Counted from the first letter of the stretch, positions 49,474-60,048 are shown. The stretch is 64,000 bases of DNA from an uncultured Candidatus Saccharibacteria bacterium (GCA_964483665.1 CAZACP010000004.1:7399-71398); one strand, 5' to 3'. Made by a program: numbers and translations. The notes: generated by a model from the letters alone, not told the origin.

Positions 49474-49589
49474 CTTCCTGGGCTCGGGCGGTTCAAAACT
49501 GCCCGAGTTCTATTGTTTTTACTCCACCCCCGAACTATGCATTATATTGGAATTATAAATTTAAAACCATAATTCCTAATTCCAGACCG

Positions 49590-49973
49590 CTAATTCTTTT
49601 TCTTATCTAAATAATTTTGTAAAAGTATTTGCGCGGCAAGGCTGTCTAAATCTTTTTTACTTCCGCTTATATTTTTTGCCATAACAGATGTTAATCGCTC
49701 GTCTATAGTTTCTACCGGCAAACCTGTCTTTTTTGTAATTTGCAATTTGAAACCGGAAATTTCTTCCGTCTTTTTTGTCATTTCCCCGCTCATATTTAGC
49801 GGCCAGCCCAAAACAATTTGGGTAATTTGATGTTCCTCGATAACTCCCGTAATTTTCTCCCAAAATTCCTTTGGCGACAAAATAGTTAACTCCCGCGCAA
49901 AAGTTTTTGTCTCATCAGAAATTGCCAAACCAATCCTCTTTGAGCCATAGTCGATCCCTAGGATTTTAGACAT
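49590..49973 (-). CDS. ruvX: YqgF/RuvX family nuclease
   Basis: ILGIDYGSKRIGLAISD, IDERLTS, DSLAAQILLQ. Confidence 0.95.
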   Translation of the reverse strand: MSKILGIDYGSKRIGLAISDETKTFARELTILSPKEFWEKITGVIEEHQITQIVLGWPLNMSGEMTKKTEEISGFKLQITKKTGLPVETIDERLTSVMAKNISGSKKDLDSLAAQILLQNYLDKKKN

Positions 49974-50025
49974 TAGAAATTAGAATTAGAAATTATTTAG
50001 TATAATTAGGTTAATTAGAATAATT

Positions 50026-51300
50026 TTATTTGCTATCCTCAAGCCTCACCTTAACCGTCTTCTCATCCCCTTTATGATAAATTTTTAAACTGACTTCGTC
50101 GCCGGTGTTAAAATTCTTAAGAAGCTTGGCTAAAGTATTTTCACCTTCAACCTTCTGTCCTTCTACCTCTAAAATTATGTCATTCTCACCCAAACCCGCC
50201 TTGTCAGCCGGGCTGCCGGGTAAAACAGCAAAATCCGTAACTTTTTCACCCCTTACTATTAAAGCGCCAAAATTCTTAGGTAGTTTTTGAGAGTCCGCAA
50301 GCGCCTGGTTTATCATTATATACCTGACCCCAAGCATAGGACGGCTAATTTTGCCGTTTTTTTGAAAGCTGGCTAAATCTTTTTGCGCGTCGTTAGAAGG
50401 TATGGCAAATCCGACAAGCTGACCCTGCATATCTACCGCGGTATTAATTCCAACCACTTGGCCTTCCAAATTTAATAGCGGTCCTCCGCTGTTGCCCGGG
50501 TTTATGGCTGCGTCAGTTTGAATAACCCCTTCAAGGCTTTCTGAGCCGCCCGTTCCGCCCGCTGTTATGCTACGCCCTATTCCGCTTACAATTCCGCTGG
50601 TAACGGAATTCTGGTATTCGCCCAGCGCGTTGCCTATAGCAATAACGTACTGGCCGACCTGCAATTTTGAAGAGTCTGCCAATTGTAAAAAAGGCGCGTT
50701 GCTTATTTCTATTTTTACTATGGCTAAATCATTAAGCGGGTCTCTCGCCAGTACTTTTGCATCGTATTTTTTTCCGTCATTGGTTAAAACAGTATAGCTG
50801 GCTGACGTGTCGTCGACCACATGCTTGTTGGTTAAAATAAGCCCGTCTGCTGAAACTAAAAACCCGCTACCCGCGCCGACTTGCTGAATATCCGGACCAC
50901 CGGAATTACCGGCGGATGGAAACCCAAAAAATGGGGAAAAAAAGTCATCGCCAAAAGGACTAATGCCATAACCGGGAAGTTTACTTAAGTCTTTACTGAC
51001 CACGATTGAAACCACGGCAGGACGGGATTTTTTTACAACGTCAATTATTACTGAATCTTCTGCTAGAGTAATTTTTTTACTGCTTAAAATTCCAGGCTTA
51101 TTTGAAGTGTTTAAACTGCCGTTTTTTAACAAATAAGAAGTAGCCGCGCTGCCTCCCAGTGCCCCAAAAACTAAGCTTAAAACTATTACCGCTATAAACA
51201 GCGAGCTGTGGTGCTTAGGTTCTAAATTATCTGATTGAAGAGCCGGATGAGGCGGTTCTTTTAATTCTCCTAATGGTTTATTTTCCTTTGTATTCTCCAT
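50026..51300 (-). CDS. htrA: HtrA/DegP serine protease with PDZ domain
   Basis: TNKHVV, DLA, TDAAINPGNSGGPL. Confidence 0.95.
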   Translation of the reverse strand: MENTKENKPLGELKEPPHPALQSDNLEPKHHSSLFIAVIVLSLVFGALGGSAATSYLLKNGSLNTSNKPGILSSKKITLAEDSVIIDVVKKSRPAVVSIVVSKDLSKLPGYGISPFGDDFFSPFFGFPSAGNSGGPDIQQVGAGSGFLVSADGLILTNKHVVDDTSASYTVLTNDGKKYDAKVLARDPLNDLAIVKIEISNAPFLQLADSSKLQVGQYVIAIGNALGEYQNSVTSGIVSGIGRSITAGGTGGSESLEGVIQTDAAINPGNSGGPLLNLEGQVVGINTAVDMQGQLVGFAIPSNDAQKDLASFQKNGKISRPMLGVRYIMINQALADSQKLPKNFGALIVRGEKVTDFAVLPGSPADKAGLGENDIILEVEGQKVEGENTLAKLLKNFNTGDEVSLKIYHKGDEKTVKVRLEDSK

Positions 51301-51421
51301 ATTTTTTTAAATTTAATTGTTGTATTTTCTAATACAACATTCTATTCCCTGTATTTCAAAATTTCATATATTATAACACAAAAAACCGCCTTTTTAAAGC
51401 GGTTTTTAAGGATTTGTATTT

Positions 51422-53086
51422 TTAGCGTGGCAAACACGACACATCGGAAGGATTTTGCTGGCAATAAACTTCGTCTACAGTCGGAGGAGGAGGTGGTTGT
51501 ATATATTGCGTCTGATCTAAAGCTAAAATTGGCTGAATTTGAGCAACCGCAACGCAAGTTGCCTGCTCTTTAAGAACCCCAACACCTCCGGCGGGCCCGC
51601 CGGTTACGCCTTTAAATACAAAGTTATTTATTAAAGTTTGGGTTAACTGCGAAACAAAGCCGCTAATCATGCCTTCCGCGTTCTGAGCGCCAAGTTGTAA
51701 AAGAGCTGAAAAACTTGCCCGCTGCGCGCTTACTATGCTGCCCACCGACTTTGCCAAACCACTCTTAGCGGTATCGCGCGCTGCCTTAAGACCCTCGCTG
51801 CTTAACTCTCTGTCTGCATTTTTCTCTGCTTCACTTTTTGCCTGGTCGGCAATATCCTGATAATAAACCTGCCAACCTGTTGGGGAAGCCATAAAATCAC
51901 CCACTTTTGCCATTTTGGAATAGTAGTCAGGGTCGTTAGGGCTAATATTTTCAGGGGTAAAACCCAAATAGTCTTTTGCTTTAGCTTCAAAAACAGGCCT
52001 TAAATCTGCGGTATTTCTTCCACAGGAAAGCTGCGGTATAAACCGCTTTATAATTTGCCTGTCGGACTGCAATTGAACATACTTATTTAAGTAGTCGTCG
52101 GTGTATTGCCCGGCAACAAGCGCATCCGAGTAGTACAAAAAATTGGCGATCATATAATTACTCTCAATTTTGGCAATGAGCTTATTTAGCATTGTTCCCA
52201 TAAAAGAAACAAATGCGCTACGCAGACCTTCTTTTATAGCGTCCATAATAATTCTTGGTATATCACCCACTGTAATAGTTACGTCGCCGATTCCTAAAAA
52301 CGCATGCGCGGTTTTTACAAAGGGAATTTTTGACCTCTGGGAAGCGGCAAAATTTTTGGGCAAGCTAATACTTGCTATTTTATATTTGCCTGTCAGCTTA
52401 GTTAACTCGCTTGAATAATTCTTTGTGGCTTCGTTTATTGCGGTGTAATTTTGGTAGACATTTGGCCAAAGCTCGTCATTTTTTGTGTAATCCGAGGCGT
52501 CGTAATTTTCCGATACGTTTAAAAGCCTGCCGTAACTTTCTACGGCTAACACTATGTCTTTATGCAGACTTTCCGCTTCCTTTGGAACCAAAACAGCTAA
52601 AAGTTGGTCTTTGTAATTACTATAAAACTCCTGCGCTTTTTTAAGGCTATCTTTGTCACCGGTAAATAAAGTCGTCTGAAACTGAGCTGATTTGTTGTTA
52701 AAATCTATTGCCTGACCCACAGTTTCACTCAAGTATTTTTCCACCGCCGGTTTACCTGAGTCCTCCGAAATTTTTATACTGCCTTCGGTTATTTGGGTAA
52801 GTTGTAACGGCTGGTTGGATTTTAAAGCATTTTCAACTTCCTGTTTTATTTCCTGGTCAGTAATAATAGTCTGAAATAAATCTTTACTCGCCGCTTTGTC
52901 TATGGGAAGGCTGTTTACGTAAGCTAAATATTTTCTTGCAAGTTCTACATCGGTATTATTTTGAGTGTATTTTTTTTCGTCGGTAAATTTAAAAGACGTG
53001 CGGTTCCAGAAAGAAACGCCGATTAAAGAAAGTATTAACACAATTACTATTCCAAAATATTGTTTTTGTTCTTTTGTTTCTAGCAC
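51422..53086 (-). CDS. membrane-anchored hypothetical protein
   Basis: 554 aa, N-terminal TM, helical, Pro-rich Cys-containing tail. Confidence 0.75.
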   Translation of the reverse strand: MLETKEQKQYFGIVIVLILSLIGVSFWNRTSFKFTDEKKYTQNNTDVELARKYLAYVNSLPIDKAASKDLFQTIITDQEIKQEVENALKSNQPLQLTQITEGSIKISEDSGKPAVEKYLSETVGQAIDFNNKSAQFQTTLFTGDKDSLKKAQEFYSNYKDQLLAVLVPKEAESLHKDIVLAVESYGRLLNVSENYDASDYTKNDELWPNVYQNYTAINEATKNYSSELTKLTGKYKIASISLPKNFAASQRSKIPFVKTAHAFLGIGDVTITVGDIPRIIMDAIKEGLRSAFVSFMGTMLNKLIAKIESNYMIANFLYYSDALVAGQYTDDYLNKYVQLQSDRQIIKRFIPQLSCGRNTADLRPVFEAKAKDYLGFTPENISPNDPDYYSKMAKVGDFMASPTGWQVYYQDIADQAKSEAEKNADRELSSEGLKAARDTAKSGLAKSVGSIVSAQRASFSALLQLGAQNAEGMISGFVSQLTQTLINNFVFKGVTGGPAGGVGVLKEQATCVAVAQIQPILALDQTQYIQPPPPPTVDEVYCQQNPSDVSCLPR

Positions 53087-53106
53087 AGTTTAATTGACAA
53101 GATTTA

Positions 53107-53184
53107 CCTGCCCGCCAAAATTAATGTTTAGAATAAAAACAAAACAGATATTTATCAACAAAAAGCTAGTCGTTGGCAGGCGGG
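53107..53184. repeat. short element with CCTGCCCGCCAA/TTGGCAGGCGGG inverted ends
   Basis: GC-rich imperfect inverted ends around an AT-rich core. Confidence 0.55.
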
Positions 53185-53282
53185 AAAGATTGAACAATAT
53201 TGACAAAAATAACACCGAACTATGCCTTTAGTGTATTTCATTTTTGTCATTTTTGTCAATTATTTAATTTTTGTCATTGGTT

Positions 53283-54857
53283 TTATTCAATTATTTCCCC
53301 GCCAAAAATTTTCAGCGCGTCACTTAAAACCGCAACTGGGTTTTGCCCTTCCGTAATTTTGTCAGGCAATTCTCCAACAATGCCCAAATTTTTACCGCTA
53401 ACCTCTGTTATTTCCTGGGTAATAAAATTTAAGTTTTTTTCAATAGTTTTTTTATCAAACTGATATTTTACGCTTATTACAATTTTTCCGTTATTTACGC
53501 CAATTATTTGGGCTGCCTTAAGCATACTACCTAGGGGGCCGTTTTTGTCTTTAATTCTAAGAACGACTTTTGGCCAAAAATCTAAAACTTCTTTCAAACT
53601 AACATTTTGGTCAAGCCGGCTTAAAATTTCGCTTTGCGGTTCTAAATCAGGCTTTATAGACTCTTGATTTTGCACTTTGATAATCGGCTGTTCGGTTACT
53701 TCTGTTTTTTCCCTTTGTGGTGCTGGAATTATATTATTTGGCTTTTTTTTTAAAGCCCCTTCAATCGCGGCAAGCAAAAGGGGTATTTCAGGACTGGGAG
53801 CGCCTTGCAGATCTTTAAACGACTTTAAAAACAGCCGGATTATAAAAATAATCTCGCTAATGCTTAAATTCTGTAAAACCCCCTCATTCTGCCCTGTAAT
53901 TTTTTTAACCATTAAGACTCTTAAGTGTTCTAAGAAATCTTTGTTAAAAGCGTTAAAATCAACTCCGGCTTCCAGCAAACGGTCAAAATATTCCGGAATT
54001 TCATTGGCCTTTCCTTCAGAAATAAGCTCTGTAAGTTCAGCTAACAGTGCTGTGTCCGTGATTCCTAAAATTGTTCTAATGTCGCCCAACGAAGTGCTGT
54101 TCCCCAGAGTTGAAATCTTGTCTAAAATAGAAAGCGCGTCGCGCATTCCGCCGCCCGCGTTTTGGGCGACTAAATCTAAAACTTCTTCCGGGTAGCTTAA
54201 ATTCTCTTTGTTTACAATATTTTTTAAATGCTCTTTAATATCTGCCGCTGAATATGCTTTAAAATCAAACCGCTGGGTGCGGGAAATTATAGTAGCCGGA
54301 ACTTTTTGAATTTCCGTGGTAGCCAGAATAAATATAGCGTGTTTGGGAGGTTCTTCTAAAGTTTTTAAAAGCGCGTTAAAAGCGCCTTTGGAAAGCATAT
54401 GCACTTCGTCTATTATAAATACTTTATATTTGCCTAAGGTTGGAGAAAATTTAACGTGGTCAATAATATCCCTGACATTGTCTACCCCGGTATTGGAAGC
54501 CGCGTCTATTTCTATTAGGTCAATAAAGTTGTTGTTTTCAATTGCCTTGCAAACACTGCACTCCCCGCACGCATCCCCCAAAGCACCAGGCGAAGCCTGT
54601 ACATTATTTTTCTCCCCATCTGGGGGGAGATGTCCGGCCGACAGGGCGGATAGAGAGGGTTGATTATTCAGACAGTTAACGCTTTTTGCGAATATCCTAG
54701 CCACGCTGGTTTTTCCAACTCCTCTGCTGCCAATAAATAAATAAGCATGGGCAAAAGCACCCCCGGCGATTTGGTTTTTAAGGGTTTTAATTATTGCTTT
54801 TTGACCAACAACCTGAGCAAAAGTTTGAGGTCTATATTTTCGGTAAAGTACAGCCAT
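53283..54857 (-). CDS. dnaX: DNA polymerase III gamma/tau with repeat-derived insertion
   Basis: LYRKYRPQTF, GSRGVGKT, EIDAASN, IIDEVHML. Confidence 0.97.
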   Translation of the reverse strand: MAVLYRKYRPQTFAQVVGQKAIIKTLKNQIAGGAFAHAYLFIGSRGVGKTSVARIFAKSVNCLNNQPSLSALSAGHLPPDGEKNNVQASPGALGDACGECSVCKAIENNNFIDLIEIDAASNTGVDNVRDIIDHVKFSPTLGKYKVFIIDEVHMLSKGAFNALLKTLEEPPKHAIFILATTEIQKVPATIISRTQRFDFKAYSAADIKEHLKNIVNKENLSYPEEVLDLVAQNAGGGMRDALSILDKISTLGNSTSLGDIRTILGITDTALLAELTELISEGKANEIPEYFDRLLEAGVDFNAFNKDFLEHLRVLMVKKITGQNEGVLQNLSISEIIFIIRLFLKSFKDLQGAPSPEIPLLLAAIEGALKKKPNNIIPAPQREKTEVTEQPIIKVQNQESIKPDLEPQSEILSRLDQNVSLKEVLDFWPKVVLRIKDKNGPLGSMLKAAQIIGVNNGKIVISVKYQFDKKTIEKNLNFITQEITEVSGKNLGIVGELPDKITEGQNPVAVLSDALKIFGGEIIE

Positions 54858-55012
54858 AAGAAAGATACTCGGATATTCATTGATATTACATATTAAGTGG
54901 GAAAGATTAATATCCCAATATCTAATATCCTTATTGGATTATACCACCGTCTTACATAAAAACAAAAAACCCATACTTCTGGGTTTATAATATCAAAATA
55001 TCCAATATATAT

Positions 55013-55681
55013 TTACTTCCGAAACACAATAACTTTATAACCCGTAAAATTCCAAAATAAAGAGACGCCGGTGGCCAGAGCCGCGGCTATATTTTTGTCC
55101 AAGTCTGAACCGGTTAGACGCAAATTTTCCGATATAAAGGATATTAGAGAAAAATTTATGCCTAGTCCAATTAAAGTGACAATAAAAAACACAACAAAAG
55201 AATGCCCTTCATGATCCCAATCCGACAAATGAAAACCAAAAACCTTCCACAAAACGCTTTCAAAAATTAAATAAACAATTAGAGCAAGAGCAAAAAAAAT
55301 AGCAGGGGCTGAAAAACGAGACCCGATTAAAACAAAAATTATTCCTATAACCCCAAGAGCTCCGACCAAAATAAGCCTGGTAACATTTTTCCAGAGCGTT
55401 ACACCCATTTCATTGCCAAAAGTCCAAGTTCTGTTCCAAAGATAACTTTGAATTACCGCGGCGCAAAAGGATATTACCGAAACACCTCCCAAAGACCAAC
55501 CTCGATCTATATTTAAAAATTTAGAAATCGAATTTAGTATTAAAAAATTAAGAGCGGTATTCAAAAAACCTATACAGACGAAACGGAAAAATTGATAAAT
55601 TACCGGCTTTTTTTCCAAAAAAGCAGTTATTTTTAATTTTAGCGTGTTCGATTGAACTTGATTATCTATTAGATTTTCCAT
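55013..55681 (-). CDS. GtrA family membrane protein, extended form
   Basis: QFFRFVCIGFLNT...SYLWNRTWTF...WNFTGYKVIVF. Confidence 0.8.
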   Translation of the reverse strand: MENLIDNQVQSNTLKLKITAFLEKKPVIYQFFRFVCIGFLNTALNFLILNSISKFLNIDRGWSLGGVSVISFCAAVIQSYLWNRTWTFGNEMGVTLWKNVTRLILVGALGVIGIIFVLIGSRFSAPAIFFALALIVYLIFESVLWKVFGFHLSDWDHEGHSFVVFFIVTLIGLGINFSLISFISENLRLTGSDLDKNIAAALATGVSLFWNFTGYKVIVFRK

Positions 55682-55891
55682 CTAGTTTTGGACCCCTTAA
55701 TACACCTTGTGGGATGGATTGCTTAGATTTGTTGTTGGTGAACTGATTATATGAGTAAAAAAGCGCTCAGCCGAATATTAATCGAATATTAATCCTGTAA
55801 TAAACAATAAAAAAAAATTAAATTGTTGAGACATTTTTTATAAATTTTGTTTATATCTGTGTAATCTGCATTTTATCAGTGCATCTGTGAT

Positions 55892-56506
55892 TTACATTTC
55901 TTCGTCTTCGTCTAACTTAACTTTCCTTCCACTTACCCCCATTTCCATATCGGTATGCGACGTCCCAGCGCCTTTCTTTATAACATTTTCCACGGCTGCC
56001 CAGTCTGAATCGTGCTCCTCGGGCACTATAATAGTTACTTCATCTCCCGGTTCTGACTTAAAGTAAGTTAAAGAAGCGAGCAAAACTTTATACGGCTTGC
56101 CCTCGGCCATAACTCTAAAATCACCTTTGTCGTCTAGCATTAAAATGCCGAGCATTTTCTTTCGTTCAACCGGACCAATTTGCTTGTATATAAAAGAGCC
56201 GTCGTCAGAGATGGTTAATTTCAGCACGTCGCCTTCCACTAATTTAGATTTGGAGGCATAGTTAGCCGGTACCGGATATTGTTTTTTGTCCGGACCTATC
56301 ATATTTTGTCCGTCAAACACGCCTTCTATAACCTTGCCGCCTTCGGACACGCTTAAAGTCCCCGCCTTGCTGGCTATATTTTCTAAGGTAGCCTTGGCGT
56401 TTGGCATACCCATTACATCACGCAACAAATTCTTGGCGGTTTGAATATTTTTTTCCGCCGACTCTATTGCCTGCACTATTAAAGCTAGGTTCGAAATTTG
56501 GTCCAT
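55892..56506 (-). CDS. hypothetical protein
   Basis: well-formed 204 aa ORF, VIEGVFDGQNM...YPVPANYASKSKL. Confidence 0.8.
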   Translation of the reverse strand: MDQISNLALIVQAIESAEKNIQTAKNLLRDVMGMPNAKATLENIASKAGTLSVSEGGKVIEGVFDGQNMIGPDKKQYPVPANYASKSKLVEGDVLKLTISDDGSFIYKQIGPVERKKMLGILMLDDKGDFRVMAEGKPYKVLLASLTYFKSEPGDEVTIIVPEEHDSDWAAVENVIKKGAGTSHTDMEMGVSGRKVKLDEDEEM

Positions 56507-56688
56507 ATTATATTCACTGACGCACGGATCACACGGATATCACTAATGCCCTAAAATTCAAACTACCTGTTTAAATAGGTGTCTGCGGCATCTGTGCAAT
56601 CTGTGTATCTGTGATTTTATTTTTTGTTTCAAATAGTTTTTCCTATTTAATACATTATAACACAAGTAAAAATTTATGCAAAAGTGGA

Positions 56689-56964
56689 TTAATGATGTTT
56701 AGGCGCTTCTCCACCTTCAGAAATATCTGCAATCCCCCCCAAGACAGCCCCACCAATTCCCTTAACAACTTTATGACCAGCTTCCAGATCAGCCCCAGCC
56801 TGCGACGCGACTTCAGCAATTCCATGATGCCCAAAAAGCAGTTCCTCTATATTTGGTACTGGGCTTACTGCTTTTGCGACATCTTTTAAAAATCCCCCGC
56901 CCTTACCTCCACCATGATCTCCTGAATGAGATGACTCATGTTCATGACCATGTCCGCCTGACAT
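56689..56964 (-). CDS. small His/Gly-rich protein
   Basis: MSGGHGHEHESSHSGDHGGG; AAAGGG SD-like sequence upstream. Confidence 0.6.
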   Translation of the reverse strand: MSGGHGHEHESSHSGDHGGGKGGGFLKDVAKAVSPVPNIEELLFGHHGIAEVASQAGADLEAGHKVVKGIGGAVLGGIADISEGGEAPKHH

Positions 56965-57058
56965 AAAATTCCCTTTCTTAAATATAAGCTAAATATTTCG
57001 CTTATATTATACCATTTATTAATATATTCTACAAGCCTAATTAGGTTTTATTTCAAAT

Positions 57059-57107
57059 GTAGCGCAGGCCCGTGGCCTGCTGTTTGCAGGGCAAGGCCCT
57101 GCGCTAC
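57059..57107. repeat. GTAG-type REP inverted doublet
   Basis: gtagcgcaggcccgtggcctgc-tgttt-gcagggcaaggccctgcgctac. Confidence 0.8.
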
Positions 57108-57112
57108 GTTAA

Positions 57113-59665
57113 TTAGAGCCCTCTTTCTACATCGGGCAAACCTTCGCTCATACTTTCCGCCACATTGCCGGCTTCCAACATTTCCGCCTCAACCTCGGAT
57201 CTGGGTCTGCCAAATTTAAGCCTCGAAAGTTGGCGGATGCTTTGCGCCAATTCCTCTGTGCCTGATTTTTGCGGCGGCATAGTTGCCATATTAAAGGGCT
57301 TGCTGGCCGTGCCGTTTACCATAAGCCTGACATAGGCGTTGTAACGGTCTATATTCACCAAATCAAACTGGTTAAAGGTAGGCGCAAACTCTTTACCCAA
57401 AACTTCGCTGTCTTCGGCGCCGGTTCTAAACACCACCATTGTCCCAACATTGCCGAACACTGCGTTTCGCAAGTCTTTACTGGCCGCGCCTTGAGCTCCG
57501 GCCTGAGTTTCCAGTTGCCCCAAATATTGGTGTGCGATGATGAGATTTAACTTATACTTTCTGGCCTCAGAAAGTATGGAAGCAAAGGCATCGGTTATAA
57601 AATTCTGGAACTCGTCTACATATAAATAAAAATCTTTTCTTTTTTCCTCCGGCACATCTGCGCGGGAAAGCGCGGCCATTTGGATTTTAGAAACTAGTAT
57701 AAGCCCGAGCAGCTTGGCGTTTATTTCACCCGTGCGGCCCTTAGACAAATTCACCAGCAAAACTTTGCCCTCGTCCATAACTTTCCTAAAATTAAAGCCG
57801 CTCTTGCTTTGGCCGACTATGTTGCGCATCATGGTATTTTCCACAAAACGCCCGACTTTGGAAATTAAATAGCCAAGCATTTCGCTTCTATGGAAGTCGG
57901 AGGTTTTTGCCATTTCCTTTTCCCAAAAAAGTTTTACCACCGGATCTTTTAGCTTTTCCACCTTATATTTCTGAAAATCTGTGTCCGTAAATATCCTCGG
58001 GATATCTGTAATAGTGCCGGGATGCTCTTCGTCCGCCATAAGCGTGAGCATTGCGTTGCGCATATTGTGTTCAAACATAGGACCAAGCATAGCAGGATCA
58101 GTAACTAATTTATAAAATATAGATATCATTTCCTGCACCGCAAAATCTTTTTGCTCTTCGCTGTCCACTTCCAGCATATTTAAGCCGAGTGGCCTGTCCA
58201 TATCAAACGGCTCAAAGACTATAATGTCCTCCGCCCGTTCTTTAGGCACATTTTGTAAAATATCCTGTATTAAATCCCCGTGAGGGTCAACCACGCACAA
58301 ACCTTCCCCATTTTTTATATCCTGAATGGCCATATTGGCAAGCAATACAGACTTGCCGCTGCCCGTGCGACCTAGCACGTAGGTGTGGCGCCTACGGTCT
58401 TCCCTGCCCATAAAAATTGGGGTCTCCACGCCTCTATAAATATTTTTACCAATTAACAAACCCTCTTTGTGAATATTTAAAGGCGGCGGGGCTTTTTTAG
58501 AAACCAGCCACTTAATGTTTGGCGTTTCAATATACGGCGTTGGCAAATGCCACAGGCTTGCCAGCTCTTCGGTATTTAAAACGGTTTTTAAGCCATAATC
58601 CCTAAAAACTCTAAAAATATAATCTTTAACTATTTCTTCCTTATTTCTTTTTTTGTGTTTAAAACCGTTAAATGGGGGCATATTATACTGCAAAAATGCG
58701 CCCATTAAATTACGCATATGGCTCTGAGCCTGGCCGGGTGTGGCAGATGAAGTTATAAGTCTGACATTAACTTTATACCCCGGACGGCTGGCTTTTTCTT
58801 CAAGTTTCTTTACTATTTCCTGCTGCATTGGGGTAAGCTGAATTGGCGAATAGTATCCGCTTAAATCTTTATGCTTATGCGACTGATTTTGTCCCCCGCC
58901 TTTTACCCCCGCGGCCATTCCGCCAAAGCCTTTAAGCAACCCCATAACCGCTCTGTAAAAATGCCCTTTTTCAACCAACTCCGGATTTTTCCCTTGCTGG
59001 ACTTCTAAAGCCATGTGCCTGGGTTTTCCCTGCCAGGCTGTGCCGGCCGGACTTAAAATAAACTGTACCGCTGCGCCCTCGTTTTCCAAAAGTTTACTCA
59101 TTGCATTGGTTATGGCATTAAGCGGGTCTGACTCCATAGTTTTGTAAGTACGGAAAGGATAAAAATATTTTTTGTTTAAAACTAATTCTTCCGCTTCCAC
59201 CTGCCCGCCTTTTTGGAATGGATTATAACCTTTTACCGCTTCTACAAAAGCATGCGGGTATTGTGCCTGCAATTGCTTTTCTACCAATTCCTGCAAATGC
59301 TTGGGGCAATTTATATAAAAGCTTATTTTTTTGTCTGTGCAAGCTATTTCAAAACTATAGTAGTCCTTACCCAAAAGCCAGCCTTTGCTGTGTCCGCTTT
59401 CAGAAAGCGTGGTAAACAGCTGTTCAGCTATGCCAATTAAATGTTTTTTTTCTTCTTCTGTCTTGGGCTTTTGCTGGTCTTTGTCTTCAGAGGATTCTTT
59501 AGGCATCTGAATTTCCAAAAACACCCACTCCATAGTCCTGGGAATAACATGGCCTAAGTGATAACGGTGGCGCTTGTAAAAATAAAAAAACACGGCCCCA
59601 AAGACAAACAAAAGGCCGACAAATACCAAAAGCACTATATTAAAAGTATTTATTTCAAAAGGCAT
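57113..59665 (-). CDS. VirD4/TraG-HerA-like membrane-anchored ATPase
   Basis: RHTYVLGRTGSGKS, VDPHGD, LYVDEFQ, SEARKY...AHQY. Confidence 0.9.
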   Translation of the reverse strand: MPFEINTFNIVLLVFVGLLFVFGAVFFYFYKRHRYHLGHVIPRTMEWVFLEIQMPKESSEDKDQQKPKTEEEKKHLIGIAEQLFTTLSESGHSKGWLLGKDYYSFEIACTDKKISFYINCPKHLQELVEKQLQAQYPHAFVEAVKGYNPFQKGGQVEAEELVLNKKYFYPFRTYKTMESDPLNAITNAMSKLLENEGAAVQFILSPAGTAWQGKPRHMALEVQQGKNPELVEKGHFYRAVMGLLKGFGGMAAGVKGGGQNQSHKHKDLSGYYSPIQLTPMQQEIVKKLEEKASRPGYKVNVRLITSSATPGQAQSHMRNLMGAFLQYNMPPFNGFKHKKRNKEEIVKDYIFRVFRDYGLKTVLNTEELASLWHLPTPYIETPNIKWLVSKKAPPPLNIHKEGLLIGKNIYRGVETPIFMGREDRRRHTYVLGRTGSGKSVLLANMAIQDIKNGEGLCVVDPHGDLIQDILQNVPKERAEDIIVFEPFDMDRPLGLNMLEVDSEEQKDFAVQEMISIFYKLVTDPAMLGPMFEHNMRNAMLTLMADEEHPGTITDIPRIFTDTDFQKYKVEKLKDPVVKLFWEKEMAKTSDFHRSEMLGYLISKVGRFVENTMMRNIVGQSKSGFNFRKVMDEGKVLLVNLSKGRTGEINAKLLGLILVSKIQMAALSRADVPEEKRKDFYLYVDEFQNFITDAFASILSEARKYKLNLIIAHQYLGQLETQAGAQGAASKDLRNAVFGNVGTMVVFRTGAEDSEVLGKEFAPTFNQFDLVNIDRYNAYVRLMVNGTASKPFNMATMPPQKSGTEELAQSIRQLSRLKFGRPRSEVEAEMLEAGNVAESMSEGLPDVERGL

Positions 59666-59697
59666 TTATTTTTGTTTTCAGAATTCTTTTAGTTTAA

Positions 59698-60048
59698 CTA
59701 CTGCTTTGTAACAAAGTTAGTCAATTCATAAGGGTCACCACCACTATTTTGAAGTTTGTGTAACAAATCATTAATTTTTTCTTTTGGGTCAGCAGCACTC
59801 ATAATAGCCGGATCAACATAACCCTCGGGCATATTAAGAATTTTCTCCCTTACTTCTACGGGCAAAACCCCGTTTGGCTGAGTTCCGCCTGTTTCCAACG
59901 ATAAATTTCCCTCTGATATCTTACTGGTTTCAGGGGAATTTTTCGCAGCCACTCTTTCCAAACTATCCTGATTGCCAACACCAAGCTTTTTTCTTACCTC
60001 CGGACTTAATCCACTTATTTCTTCCGGAGTTAAATTTAATTCAGCCAT
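59698..60048 (-). CDS. hypothetical protein
   Basis: 116 aa ORF co-oriented upstream of the ATPase. Confidence 0.65.
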   Translation of the reverse strand: MAELNLTPEEISGLSPEVRKKLGVGNQDSLERVAAKNSPETSKISEGNLSLETGGTQPNGVLPVEVREKILNMPEGYVDPAIMSAADPKEKINDLLHKLQNSGGDPYELTNFVTKQ

